Source: a virus. From it: DNA of 37,549 bases. The stretch covers positions 1 through 37,549 of the IMG/VR virus record IMGVR_UViG_3300029500_000006; one strand, 5' to 3'. Positions within the stretch are counted from its first letter, which is position 1. Each line of letters starts with the position of its first letter. Below are positions 1 to 8,532 of this stretch, piece by piece. The translations under genes were made by a program, and so were the position numbers. The notes under the pieces are model-generated. The model was not told the DNA's origin and did no database searches. It saw only the letters and a program-made list of their open reading frames with translations.

Positions 1-99
1 ATCAGGCTGACCTTTAATCCGGTGAATAAAAACCACTGGATAAAAAAGGTCTTTTTTGATATTCCGGATCCGAATGTGCTGACACATCACAGCACCTAC
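1..99. repeat. Terminal overlap; identical to 37451-37549 (circular closure of the contig)
   Basis: Read directly: both copies run atcaggctgacctttaatcc ... cacatcacagcacctac. The overlap lies inside the terL frame and joins it in phase. Confidence 0.95.
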
Positions 100-783
100 C
101 TGAACAACCGGTTCATAGATGAGGCATACCGTGCCAGAATGGATAGACGAAAGATTGTTGATCCGGAAGGGTATCAGATCTATGGACTGGGTGAATGGGG
201 CGAGATCGGCGGTCTGATTCTTCACAACTGGGAAGTACGGGAGTGCAGCCAGAATATAGCAGATTATGATGATTTTGCAATTGGGCAGGACTTTGGTTTT
301 AATCATGCCAATGCTATCTTGCCGCTCGGCTGGAAAGATGGAAACATCTATATCCTGCGTGAGCTGTATGGATTTGAAAAAGATACCGCTGAATGGATCG
401 CAGAAGCAAATGCAGCGGGCATTCCCAAAAAGCGGCAGATGTGGTGTGACTCAGCGGAACCGGATCGAATTAAAATGTGGAAAGATGCAGGATTCCGGGC
501 AAAGGGAGTAGATAAAGGCGGCTCTGCCGGATCCGTGAAAGCACAGATTGAATGGCTGAAAGGAAGCCCGGACCCGAAGGACAAAAGCAAAGTGATTGCT
601 CGAAAAATATTTGTGGATCCATCTTGCACCAATACAATAAAAGAACTGCAGCAGTGGAAATGGAAAAAGGATGAAAAGACAGGCGAATACCTGGATGAAC
701 CGGTGTCTGTGATGGATGATGCCATGGCAGCACTGCGATATGGAGTAGAAGGCTGGCGGAAGGCAAAACGCTGGCTTATTTAA
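1..783 (+). CDS. terL: Terminase large subunit, C-terminal part (continues from 36965-37549 across the circular junction)
   Basis: Frame 1 is open from base 1 to the stop at 781-783. The same frame continues from the ORF that runs off the window end. It sits between terS and portal. The joined product is about 422 aa. Confidence 0.9.
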   Translation: MRLTFNPVNKNHWIKKVFFDIPDPNVLTHHSTYLNNRFIDEAYRARMDRRKIVDPEGYQIYGLGEWGEIGGLILHNWEVRECSQNIADYDDFAIGQDFGFNHANAILPLGWKDGNIYILRELYGFEKDTAEWIAEANAAGIPKKRQMWCDSAEPDRIKMWKDAGFRAKGVDKGGSAGSVKAQIEWLKGSPDPKDKSKVIARKIFVDPSCTNTIKELQQWKWKKDEKTGEYLDEPVSVMDDAMAALRYGVEGWRKAKRWLI

Positions 784-811
784 TAACGAGAATTGCCAGA
801 AAGGAAGAAAT

Positions 812-2302
812 ATGCTGACAACAGAAGAAATAAGACAATTCATGGAAGAAGATAATGCTTCCAGAAAGAAGCAGTTCGCCAGAAAAGGGCAGGCATACTA
901 TGATGGTGATCACGACATAAAGGATTACCGGCTGTTCTATTACAACGATGATGGAGAACTGGTGGAAGATAAGACACGGAGCAATGTGAAAATAGCACAT
1001 CCATTTTTTACAGAACTTGTGGACCAGGCAGTACAGTATATTCTTTCTGGTGATGATGGCTTTGTAAGGACGGATGATCCAGCACTGCAGAATGAACTGG
1101 ATAAATATTTCAACCAGAATGAAGATTTTCTTGCAGAGTTATCTGAAGCACTGACCGGATGCCAGGCAAAAGGCTTTGAATATATGTTTGCCTATCGGAA
1201 CAAAGAGGATATGCTGTCTTTTATGTGTGCGGATTCTGTTGGTGTGGTGGAAGTCAGAGAGAAAGATACTGACGATGGTTGCGCTTATGTGATTTACTGG
1301 TACATTGACCGTATCGATAAAGGTGAAAAGACAATCAAACGTATTCAGGTATGGGATTCTGAAAAAGTATACTATTACGTCCAGAGTGACGAGGGAGAGA
1401 TTGAACCGGATGAATCTGAAAAAATCAATCCCAAACCACATGTTACATATCAGAAAAAAGGGGATAAAGCCATTTACTACAAAGATTTTGGCATTATTCC
1501 TTTTTTTCGTTTGGATAACAATAAAAAGCAGTTCAGCAGTTTAAAGACAGTAAAGGATCTGATCGATGACTATGATCTGATGGCATCCAGTCTGTCAAAC
1601 AACCTGATTGATTTTGACACACCGATTCATGTAGTCAAAGGGTTCCAGGGAGATGACCTGGGCGAATTGCAGCAGAATCTGAAAACAAAGAAGATCATCG
1701 GTGTGGATGAGGATGGTGGTGTAGAAGTTCATACCGTAGACGTTCCGTATCAGGCAAGGGAAGCCAAACTGAATCTGGATGAGAAGAATATCTACCGGTT
1801 TGGAATGGGACTGAATACAGCCGGTTTAAAGGACACCAACGCAACCACCAACATTGCAATTAAGGCTGCATACTCTTTGCTGGACCTAAAATGTTCAAAA
1901 CTGGAAATTAAGTTAAAACAGATGCTACGCAAACTTGTGAAGCTGGTAATCGATGAGATTAATGAGAAAAACAAAACTGCGTATCTGACCAGCCAGGTAC
2001 ATTTCGATTTTAGCCATGAAGTAATGTCAAATGAACAGGAAAATGCGCAGATTGCTTTGAATAACGCACAGGAGCAGCAAACACGTATTAATACACTGCT
2101 GTCACTGGCAGCACAGCTTGACAATGAAACACTGATGAAAAATATCTGTGATGTCCTAGATATCGATTATGAGAAAATCAAAGATAAACTTCCTGATCCA
2201 GACGAAGCAGACAATGATTTGAGTAGGGCACAGAACATTTTGGATGGGGTGAAGGCAGATGACGAAGGAACAGAAGGCGGTACTCCAGAGCCAACTGAAT
2301 AG
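812..2302 (+). CDS. Portal protein (SPP1 gp6-like)
   Basis: 496-aa ORF directly after terL, with RBS gaaaggaag. Size and position are typical of siphovirus portals. Confidence 0.85.
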   Translation: MLTTEEIRQFMEEDNASRKKQFARKGQAYYDGDHDIKDYRLFYYNDDGELVEDKTRSNVKIAHPFFTELVDQAVQYILSGDDGFVRTDDPALQNELDKYFNQNEDFLAELSEALTGCQAKGFEYMFAYRNKEDMLSFMCADSVGVVEVREKDTDDGCAYVIYWYIDRIDKGEKTIKRIQVWDSEKVYYYVQSDEGEIEPDESEKINPKPHVTYQKKGDKAIYYKDFGIIPFFRLDNNKKQFSSLKTVKDLIDDYDLMASSLSNNLIDFDTPIHVVKGFQGDDLGELQQNLKTKKIIGVDEDGGVEVHTVDVPYQAREAKLNLDEKNIYRFGMGLNTAGLKDTNATTNIAIKAAYSLLDLKCSKLEIKLKQMLRKLVKLVIDEINEKNKTAYLTSQVHFDFSHEVMSNEQENAQIALNNAQEQQTRINTLLSLAAQLDNETLMKNICDVLDIDYEKIKDKLPDPDEADNDLSRAQNILDGVKADDEGTEGGTPEPTE

Positions 2303-3851
2303 AGAAAAGAGAACGCTGAATGAACTGAAACAGGTATACCGGCAGGCATTGATGGACTGTGAAAAGAAAATCATGGAGCTGTCTGCCAGAACCGATCTGG
2401 AAAATCTGCAATCTATTATCTACCAGACGCGGTATCAGGAAGCAATACGGCAGCAGCTGGAGGGAATCTTGACAGCATTGCAGTCTGATTCCTATTCGAC
2501 AGTGTCTGATTACCTGTCCCGGTGCTATCAGGATGGCTATATTGGTGTGATGTATGATCTGCATGGTCAGGATATTCCGCTTATCATGCCGATTGACCAG
2601 AAAGCTGTGGTACGGGCAATACAGACAGATTCCAAGATCAGTAAAGGACTGTATAACCGGCTGGGAGAGGATGTTGGAAAATTAAAGACATCTATTCGGG
2701 CGGAAGTGTCCCGGGGAATTGCTGCAGGTTTTACCTGGAATGAAGTGGCTAAAAAGTTGGCAAAATCATTTAAAACTACAGAATTTTCAAAAGCTTACAA
2801 TAATGCAATGCGGATTGTCCGGACAGAAGGGCATCGGATACAGATTCAGTCAGCTATGGATGCGCAGCAGTTGGCAAAGGATCATGGTGCAGACATCGTA
2901 AAACAGTGGGATGCAACATTGGATGACAGAACCAGAGAAACGCACCGGATGCTGGACGGTCAGATCAGAGAACTGGATGAGCCGTTTGAGGTTGGTGGAA
3001 TGCAGGCAGATGCGCCGGGAATGTTTGGAATCGCTGCACAGGATTGTAACTGCAGGTGCGCACTGCTCCAACGAGCCAGATGGGAACTGGATGAAGATGA
3101 GCTGAATACCTTGAAAGAACGTGCAGAGTTCTTTGGACTTGACAAGACAAAGGATTTTGAAGATTTTAAGGAGAAATATTTTAAAGCAGCGGAGCAGTAT
3201 GAGGACAGAAAAGAAAAAACGATAAAAAATAATGTAGATGCTGCAGATATTCTCACACAGGAAGAAACAATTGAAAAGGCAAAGAAATACGGTCAAGAAT
3301 TATTGGATGATGTTTCGGTATTAAAATATGATAATGGTGATCCAATTACAGACTATTTGAATTTTAAGTTAAAATATGATGCTTTGCCGAGGGTGATTTC
3401 TGATGCAGAATTTGAAAATGAAAAAGTAAAAAAACAGGTTTGGTACCGGGGAGTTGCAAGCACTTCTGACATGTCTGCAAAAGATATGGTAGAAGCGTTT
3501 AAATATGGAAAAATGTATGCTGGCCGCGGAGTTTACGGATATGGTACCTATGCAGATAAAGATAGGAAAGTAGCAGAACTCTATGCTGGCAAAGATGATT
3601 CTGGTCGAATTATTGAAATGTTATTAACAGATGATGTAAAAACAGTTGATTTTGTAGAAATATTTACAGAATACGAAAAAACGGGAATTCCCAAAATTGT
3701 TGGCAATAAACCAGAGGCATATCAGGACATTCTTGGAAATGTTGGAGCTTATGCTGCAGTCAAAGGTTATGATGCAATTCTTTTAAATGGTTTTCAGAAT
3801 AAACAGCATGTGGTAATATTAAATCGTGGTAAAGTAATCGTTAAGGAGTGA
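2259..3851 (+). CDS. Head morphogenesis protein (MuF / SPP1 gp7 family) fused to a C-terminal ART-like domain
   Basis: MuF core motifs RIVRTEGHR, DDRTRETHRMLDGQ and CNCRCAL lie at about aa 185-270. An extra domain of about 200 aa (aa 330-530) carries WYRG, GYGTYAD-x-ELY and KQHVVILNRG. Its start overlaps the portal 3' end by 44 nt, and the RBS is ggggtgaagg. Confidence 0.85.
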   Translation: MTKEQKAVLQSQLNREKRTLNELKQVYRQALMDCEKKIMELSARTDLENLQSIIYQTRYQEAIRQQLEGILTALQSDSYSTVSDYLSRCYQDGYIGVMYDLHGQDIPLIMPIDQKAVVRAIQTDSKISKGLYNRLGEDVGKLKTSIRAEVSRGIAAGFTWNEVAKKLAKSFKTTEFSKAYNNAMRIVRTEGHRIQIQSAMDAQQLAKDHGADIVKQWDATLDDRTRETHRMLDGQIRELDEPFEVGGMQADAPGMFGIAAQDCNCRCALLQRARWELDEDELNTLKERAEFFGLDKTKDFEDFKEKYFKAAEQYEDRKEKTIKNNVDAADILTQEETIEKAKKYGQELLDDVSVLKYDNGDPITDYLNFKLKYDALPRVISDAEFENEKVKKQVWYRGVASTSDMSAKDMVEAFKYGKMYAGRGVYGYGTYADKDRKVAELYAGKDDSGRIIEMLLTDDVKTVDFVEIFTEYEKTGIPKIVGNKPEAYQDILGNVGAYAAVKGYDAILLNGFQNKQHVVILNRGKVIVKE

Positions 3852-3857
3852 TATGGG

Positions 3858-4079
3858 ATGAATAGACAAGATGTGGAATGGAGCAAATTTGCTTCTGGAT
3901 TGCTTGGCTATATTGATGCAGGACTTAGCAGGTTTATAGAAACAGATTATAAAATCGATTTAAATATGTCGATGGGGGAGATTCTTCATGAGTTACAGGA
4001 AAGTACCAGCATAGATCAGCTATCATCCGATTTGCAGCGTGTGGCAAAAGAATATGAACGGCATTCTAAAAAGCAATAA
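3858..4079 (+). CDS. Hypothetical 73-aa protein; candidate immunity or partner of the MuF C-terminal domain
   Basis: Strong RBS aaggag 7 nt upstream. It starts 7 nt after the MuF stop, in AT-rich DNA. Confidence 0.6.
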   Translation: MNRQDVEWSKFASGLLGYIDAGLSRFIETDYKIDLNMSMGEILHELQESTSIDQLSSDLQRVAKEYERHSKKQ

Positions 4080-4085
4080 AGTAAA

Positions 4086-4244
4086 ATGAAAATAGTTGAA
4101 GCCATACAAAAAGACGAAGAAATTAAAACGTTAAAAAGGGAGTACAAAGAAAAATATCATAAGAATGCTCCGCCATATAATTATGATCAGTTTAAAGGGC
4201 TGGATGATTATAAAGCATATCTGCGGAAGCAGTTGGAGAAATAA
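4086..4244 (+). CDS. Hypothetical 52-aa protein
   Basis: Hand-translated ORF MKIVEAIQKDEEIKTLKREYKEKYHKNAPPYNYDQFKGLDDYKAYLRKQLEK. The RBS is weak and the ORF is below the track size cutoff. Confidence 0.35.
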   Translation: MKIVEAIQKDEEIKTLKREYKEKYHKNAPPYNYDQFKGLDDYKAYLRKQLEK

Positions 4245-4246
4245 GT

Positions 4247-4348
4247 ATGATTGATTTATATTTGAAAATCAAAATCGGATGCTTTGTCATATCGGTGATA
4301 TTTTATGTGGTATGCATCATTTATACAGTTTGGAAAAATAGACACTGA
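4247..4348 (+). CDS. Hypothetical 33-aa hydrophobic peptide
   Basis: Hand-translated MIDLYLKIKIGCFVISVIFYVVCIIYTVWKNRH. GGAG lies 8 nt upstream, and a terminator follows immediately. Confidence 0.35.
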   Translation: MIDLYLKIKIGCFVISVIFYVVCIIYTVWKNRH

Positions 4349-4383
4349 TACCACTGATCAGAAATGGTTAGTGGTATTTTTAT
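4348..4383 (+). terminator. Intrinsic terminator
   Basis: Stem ATACCACT / AGTGGTAT with a 14-nt loop, followed by tttttat. Confidence 0.7.
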
Positions 4384-4683
4384 ACGCATTTTTAGAAAAA
4401 ACATTATTTTCTATGATTTATACAAAAATGAAATAGCCATGCCTGCTTTGAATATGTCAGCATGTACAATGTCAATTTCAAAACACGACATATATATGAC
4501 AATGATAAAAAAATGACAAATTGTGGTATTTGCATAAAAACAGTGGTATGAATATGTGCAGGGTGAATAAAAGTGAGAAGATGAGCAAAACTAGGTGATT
4601 TGCGCAACGTGAGAAAAGGTGTTATATATGAATTGTCGATGAGACAATGAAATTGCGCTGGCGCAAAAAAAGTAGTTAACTTT

Positions 4684-4719
4684 TGGAACTCATAAGTTAT
4701 AATAGACTTATGGAACTCA
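4684..4719 (+). promoter_or_regulatory. Promoter/operator of the RHH gene
   Basis: TATAAT at 4698-4703 sits between inverted repeat CATAAGT / ACTTATG (4691-4697, 4706-4712) and direct repeats TGGAACTCA (4684-4692, 4711-4719). The -35 element is weak. Confidence 0.55.
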
Positions 4720-4735
4720 AAAGTGAGGTGATTAC

Positions 4736-4903
4736 ATGAGTCCGAGAACTGGAAGACCAACAGAGTGTAGAAAAGACCATGATGTAAAAGTAAGAATTGA
4801 TGATTCTACTCACAAAAAATTATTGCAATATTGCGAAGAACATGGAGTAACGAAAGCAGAAGCTATTCGACAAGGAATTCAGTTGGTATTACAGAAAAAG
4901 TAA
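4736..4903 (+). CDS. Ribbon-helix-helix (CopG/Arc-like) DNA-binding protein, 55 aa
   Basis: Hand-translated MSPRTGRPTECRKDHDVKVRIDDSTHKKLLQYCEEHGVTKAEAIRQGIQLVLQKK. It shows the basic N-terminal strand plus two-helix pattern of RHH proteins. RBS is gtgaggtg. Confidence 0.7.
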   Translation: MSPRTGRPTECRKDHDVKVRIDDSTHKKLLQYCEEHGVTKAEAIRQGIQLVLQKK

Positions 4904-4947
4904 AAACAGTCGTAGCACCGACCAAAGCACAAACGACTGTTTAGGTT

Positions 4948-4991
4948 AGAAGTTTCCTTCTGTAAATATTATAATGCAGATCGAAACTTCT
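4948..4991 (+). promoter_or_regulatory. Second promoter/operator candidate, upstream of the antirepressor operon
   Basis: The 9-bp inverted repeat AGAAGTTTC / GAAACTTCT flanks TATAAT (4970-4975). TTAGAA lies 18 nt upstream. Confidence 0.45.
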
Positions 4992-5025
4992 TTCAAGAAC
5001 CAAAAATTGAAAGGAGTTTTTTGAA

Positions 5026-5253
5026 ATGGAACAGATTGAAAAAATGTTTTATGACTGGACAGATGATCAGACTGATAGCTGTGAGTTAAGAACAATGTAT
5101 GTAAAATTAGAAGATGAACTTACAAAACAGATTGGTAAAGAAAAATATTCAAAGTTTGAAGACCTGATTATGGATTGTATACTTTGCGAGAGATTGGAAG
5201 CGTTTAAAGGCGGTTTCAAACAGGCAACAAGTTTATGGAAGGAATGCCTTTAG
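5026..5253 (+). CDS. Hypothetical 75-aa protein
   Basis: RBS gaaaggag. It lies between the RHH and antirepressor genes. Confidence 0.65.
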   Translation: MEQIEKMFYDWTDDQTDSCELRTMYVKLEDELTKQIGKEKYSKFEDLIMDCILCERLEAFKGGFKQATSLWKECL

Positions 5254-5267
5254 GCGGAGGTAGTGAC

Positions 5268-6035
5268 ATGGAATTAGTAAGTACATCAACACAGACACCC
5301 ATTGAAATCGCGTTGGGAATTGATGAAGACGGAATGACAACAGCAAGAGCACTATATGATTTTTTGGAGTTAAGGAAAGCAGATTTTGCAAGGTGGGCCA
5401 AATCAAACATCACAGGAAATGAGTTTGCTATAGAAAATGAGGATTATTGGCGAGTCCGCATTGATGCGGAGACGCCGACAGGTGGAGTGGTAAAGCGAGA
5501 GGATTACAAACTCACAGCGGGATTTGCCAAGAAACTTTCCATGCAGTCAAAAAGCGAGCGTGGTGAACAGGCTCGTCAGTATTTCCTTAAGGTAGAAGAA
5601 AAATTAAAAGAGGCTACCCGTCGGGCTCCGATGACAGTTCCGGAGCAGATCCAGCTTCTTGCCATGGGAAATGTGGAACTTAACCAGAAGGTTGACAACC
5701 TCGACAAAAAGATTGAGCAGTTGGAATACGATTTGCCGATCCTTGGCATTGAAATTGATAAAATCACAACAGCGGTGAAAAAGAAAGGTGTACAGTGCCT
5801 TGGAGGAAAGAACAGTAATGCCTATCAGGATAAATCACTCCGGGGAAAGGTATACAATGATATTTACCGGGAACTGAAACGTCAGTTTGGAGTAAGTACA
5901 TACAAAGCAATTAAACGAAGCCAGTGCGATACGGCAGTTGGAATAATTACCGAATATCAGCTTCCTTATGTACTGGTGGAACAGGTACAGCTTCAAAATG
6001 GCCAGTTAGGTTTATGGGGCAGTACAGGAAATTAA
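5268..6035 (+). CDS. Phage antirepressor (AntA/ANT-like N-terminus, ORF6C-like C-terminus)
   Basis: Contains TARALYDFLEL, FARWAKSNI, YKLTAGFAKKLSMQSKSERGEQARQYF and a C-terminal KRQFGVSTYKAIKRSQ segment. Start moved to ATG 5268 (RBS ggaggt); the track ORF begins at 5235. Confidence 0.8.
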   Translation: MELVSTSTQTPIEIALGIDEDGMTTARALYDFLELRKADFARWAKSNITGNEFAIENEDYWRVRIDAETPTGGVVKREDYKLTAGFAKKLSMQSKSERGEQARQYFLKVEEKLKEATRRAPMTVPEQIQLLAMGNVELNQKVDNLDKKIEQLEYDLPILGIEIDKITTAVKKKGVQCLGGKNSNAYQDKSLRGKVYNDIYRELKRQFGVSTYKAIKRSQCDTAVGIITEYQLPYVLVEQVQLQNGQLGLWGSTGN

Positions 6036-6048
6036 ATAATTGAGATGG

Positions 6049-6078
6049 AGAGAGCTTGGGAACAGGCTCTCTTTTATA
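6049..6078 (+). terminator. Intrinsic terminator after the antirepressor gene
   Basis: Stem AGAGAGC / GCTCTCT with a 10-nt loop, then tttata. Confidence 0.65.
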
Positions 6079-6177
6079 ATTCAGAAAGAAGGTGTTGACT
6101 ATGAAGAAGCAGGGAAAAAGAGCAGGGTAGAAAGGCGGTGATCCAATATCTCCCAGCTATGGGTAAAATAGCACGTG

Positions 6178-6197
6178 GCACCCGCAAGGGTGTTTTT
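6178..6197 (+). terminator. Small terminator-like hairpin
   Basis: CACCC-gcaa-GGGTG followed by ttttt. Confidence 0.45.
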
Positions 6198-6326
6198 CTT
6201 ATGTCCTGAATCATGACAATAAATCGATTCATGTCATATTCGTCAGTGATGACGTAAAACATCGGCAAATATCAAGTGTAATCGAGACATAACTCGTAAA
6301 AATTGTAGAATGAAAGGAACGATGAG

Positions 6327-6974
6327 ATGACATTAGAGGAATTATTAAAAGCACAGAATCTTACAGGCAAACAGGTAACCGCAATCATCGATGGTATGAA
6401 AGAAAATAAAATCTTCACAGCTTCAGAGGAAAATCTGGACATCAGATACGGAAAATTAAAGACCGATCATGATGCTTTGGTTGCAAAGGATGCAGAAAGC
6501 CAGAAATTGATTGAAGAACTCCAGAAGGCGACAAAAGGACAGGACGCTGTTCAGGCAAAGATCACAGAGTATGAAGCAACCATTACACGGCAGCAGGAAG
6601 AACTACAGCAGGCAAAAACGGAAGCTGCATTAAAGGTGGGACTGCTTTCAGAAGGAGCAAAGGCAACTGACATCGATTATCTGATTTTCAAACTGAATCA
6701 TGACAGTGACTGGAAGCCGGAACTTGGCGAGGACGGTCAGATCAAAGGCTTCAAAGACAAAATGGAGTCACTGAAAACACAGTGCCCGAACCAGTTTGAG
6801 ACAGCTTCCGGTGATGGTGATGACGGATACAGACGCATGGATGATGGAAAACTTCCGGGTGGCGATGATCCAAAAGATTCTGTAACAAAAGAGGAATTTG
6901 CAAAAATGGGTTATAAATCCAGAGTGGAGCTGAGAGAAAGCAATCCGGATTTATATGAAAAACTGACAAAGTAA
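6327..6974 (+). CDS. Scaffolding protein (GP20-like minor structural protein)
   Basis: 215-aa coiled-coil-rich acidic protein immediately upstream of the capsid gene. RBS gaaaggaa. Confidence 0.8.
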   Translation: MTLEELLKAQNLTGKQVTAIIDGMKENKIFTASEENLDIRYGKLKTDHDALVAKDAESQKLIEELQKATKGQDAVQAKITEYEATITRQQEELQQAKTEAALKVGLLSEGAKATDIDYLIFKLNHDSDWKPELGEDGQIKGFKDKMESLKTQCPNQFETASGDGDDGYRRMDDGKLPGGDDPKDSVTKEEFAKMGYKSRVELRESNPDLYEKLTK

Positions 6975-6986
6975 AAGAAAGGATGA

Positions 6987-7991
6987 ATGAGAATGGCAGA
7001 TTTAAGCAAAACTACAACACTTGTAAATGGTGACGTATTTGATCCACAGGTTGTGTCTGATATGATCAATGCGAAAGTGGAAAAGAAAGCGGTAATGACC
7101 GGGTATATCACAGTGGATAATACATTGCAGGGACAGCCGGGCAGCACGGTGACAATTCCAAAATGGGGTTACATCGGTGAAGCAGAGGAGTATGCAGAGG
7201 GAGAGCCGATCGACAAGAGCAAAATGGCATTTACTACTGCATCTTATGGTATCAAGAAAATCGGTAAAGGTGTCCGCCTGACAGACGAGGCGCAGCTTTC
7301 CGGTTATGGCAACCCGATGGGAACAGCGGTCAACCAGATTGCAATGTCCATCAGCGAAAAGCTGGATAATGATCGTGTAAAAGTCATGTATGAGTCTCCG
7401 AATATCGTAGATGATACATCTGCAGTGATCAAATATACCGCAATCGTTGATGGTGTGGATAAGTTCGGCGAGGAAGAGGACAGCAAAAAAGTAATCCTGA
7501 TTCATTCCAAACAGAAGACGCAGCTTCGAAAAGATCCGGATTTCATTTCCGCAGATAAATACGAGTCTGGTGTAATGGTAAACGGTTCTATCGGCAGAAT
7601 CGCAGGCTGTGATGTTGTAGTATCCAACAAAGTTGAAAGCCATAAAGAATGGTATAAGATCGACAGCGCCGGCAAAGAAGTTGTAGAAAGCGGTGGAGAC
7701 GGAAGCACCAAGTTCAATCTCTCAGATGTTATCAAATCCCTTCCGTTTGCGAAAGTTGGTGACAAAGTAACAAAGGTGACTACAGAAGCATTTTTCAATC
7801 CGATCATCAAACTGAACAATGATGCCGAGACAGAGGATGATATGCCGGCAATTACTTACTTCCTGAAGCGTGGAAACCTTGTGGAGCATGACCGCGAACC
7901 GGGTGTTGCTGACGATATTGTCTGCACCGCTTATGGAATGCCGGCATTAACCAATGATGAGAAGGTCGTAATTTTAAAGGTTAAAGCCTGA
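6987..7991 (+). CDS. Major capsid protein
   Basis: 334-aa ORF after the scaffold gene. The N-terminus MADLSKTTTLVNGDVFDP is typical of capsid proteins of this phage type. ATG 6993 is an alternative start. Confidence 0.85.
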   Translation: MRMADLSKTTTLVNGDVFDPQVVSDMINAKVEKKAVMTGYITVDNTLQGQPGSTVTIPKWGYIGEAEEYAEGEPIDKSKMAFTTASYGIKKIGKGVRLTDEAQLSGYGNPMGTAVNQIAMSISEKLDNDRVKVMYESPNIVDDTSAVIKYTAIVDGVDKFGEEEDSKKVILIHSKQKTQLRKDPDFISADKYESGVMVNGSIGRIAGCDVVVSNKVESHKEWYKIDSAGKEVVESGGDGSTKFNLSDVIKSLPFAKVGDKVTKVTTEAFFNPIIKLNNDAETEDDMPAITYFLKRGNLVEHDREPGVADDIVCTAYGMPALTNDEKVVILKVKA

Positions 7992-8011
7992 TCAGAAAGA
8001 GGTGAGCTCCG

Positions 8012-8518
8012 ATGATTATGTCAGTGGAAGAATTCCGGATATACGTTCCAACGGCAGAAAATATGGATGATGGTGTCCTGAAAGGAAAATTACAGGCAGT
8101 GGAGCTTCTGATCCGGAAATATACGAATAATAATTTTCAGGATAGGAATAGGCGCTTTTATACTGGGATAGCAGATGGAGTATTCACCAAAGCATATCCA
8201 TATATCAAAAAAGGGGATACAGTTCAGATTTCAGAATCAAAACTGAATAATGGGCTGTATCTCTTTTCAAATAATATGGAGCTTATGGATGAAGAACATT
8301 GCATGGTGACAAAAGTAGTGTACCCGATGGATGTAAAAATGGGAGCTGTGAATATGTTGAAATGGGATCTTGAGAACCGTGATAAGGTCGGAATACAGTC
8401 TGAAACAATCTCACGGCACGCTGTGACGTATTTCAACATGGATGGTGACAATTCTACCGTCGGATATCCAAAGTCCCTGATTGGCTTTTTAAAACCATAC
8501 AGGAAAGCACGATTCTGA
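8012..8518 (+). CDS. Head-tail connector (gp6-like)
   Basis: Position after the capsid gene, 168 aa, RBS agaggtgag. Confidence 0.7.
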   Translation: MIMSVEEFRIYVPTAENMDDGVLKGKLQAVELLIRKYTNNNFQDRNRRFYTGIADGVFTKAYPYIKKGDTVQISESKLNNGLYLFSNNMELMDEEHCMVTKVVYPMDVKMGAVNMLKWDLENRDKVGIQSETISRHAVTYFNMDGDNSTVGYPKSLIGFLKPYRKARF

Positions 8519-8532
8519 AAGGCGGTGGAACG

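Noticed and set aside
1-99. A biological direct terminal repeat (DTR packaging).
   Set aside because: The repeat falls in the middle of the terL coding sequence and is exactly 99 nt, which points to an assembly overlap of a circular or circularly permuted genome.
348-843. Minus-strand ORFs of 98-130 aa overlapping terL. Similar shadow ORFs lie at 1139-1441, 1792-2124, 2178-2564, 2850-3296, 7002-7643, 12607-13107, 13279-13644, 15787-16155, 18070-18594 and 18982-19587.
   Set aside because: They lie entirely antisense or out of frame within long, well-supported genes. They lack RBSs and have skewed composition (Ser/Cys/His/Phe-rich) typical of shadow frames.
4404-4760. 118-aa minus-strand ORF in the AT-rich gap upstream of the RHH gene.
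   Set aside because: It has no RBS and an odd composition. The region is better explained by promoter/operator repeats and hairpins for the + strand RHH unit.
6074-6268. 64-aa minus-strand ORF between the antirepressor and scaffold genes.
   Set aside because: It has no RBS and overlaps two + strand terminator hairpins. The stretch is most likely non-coding.
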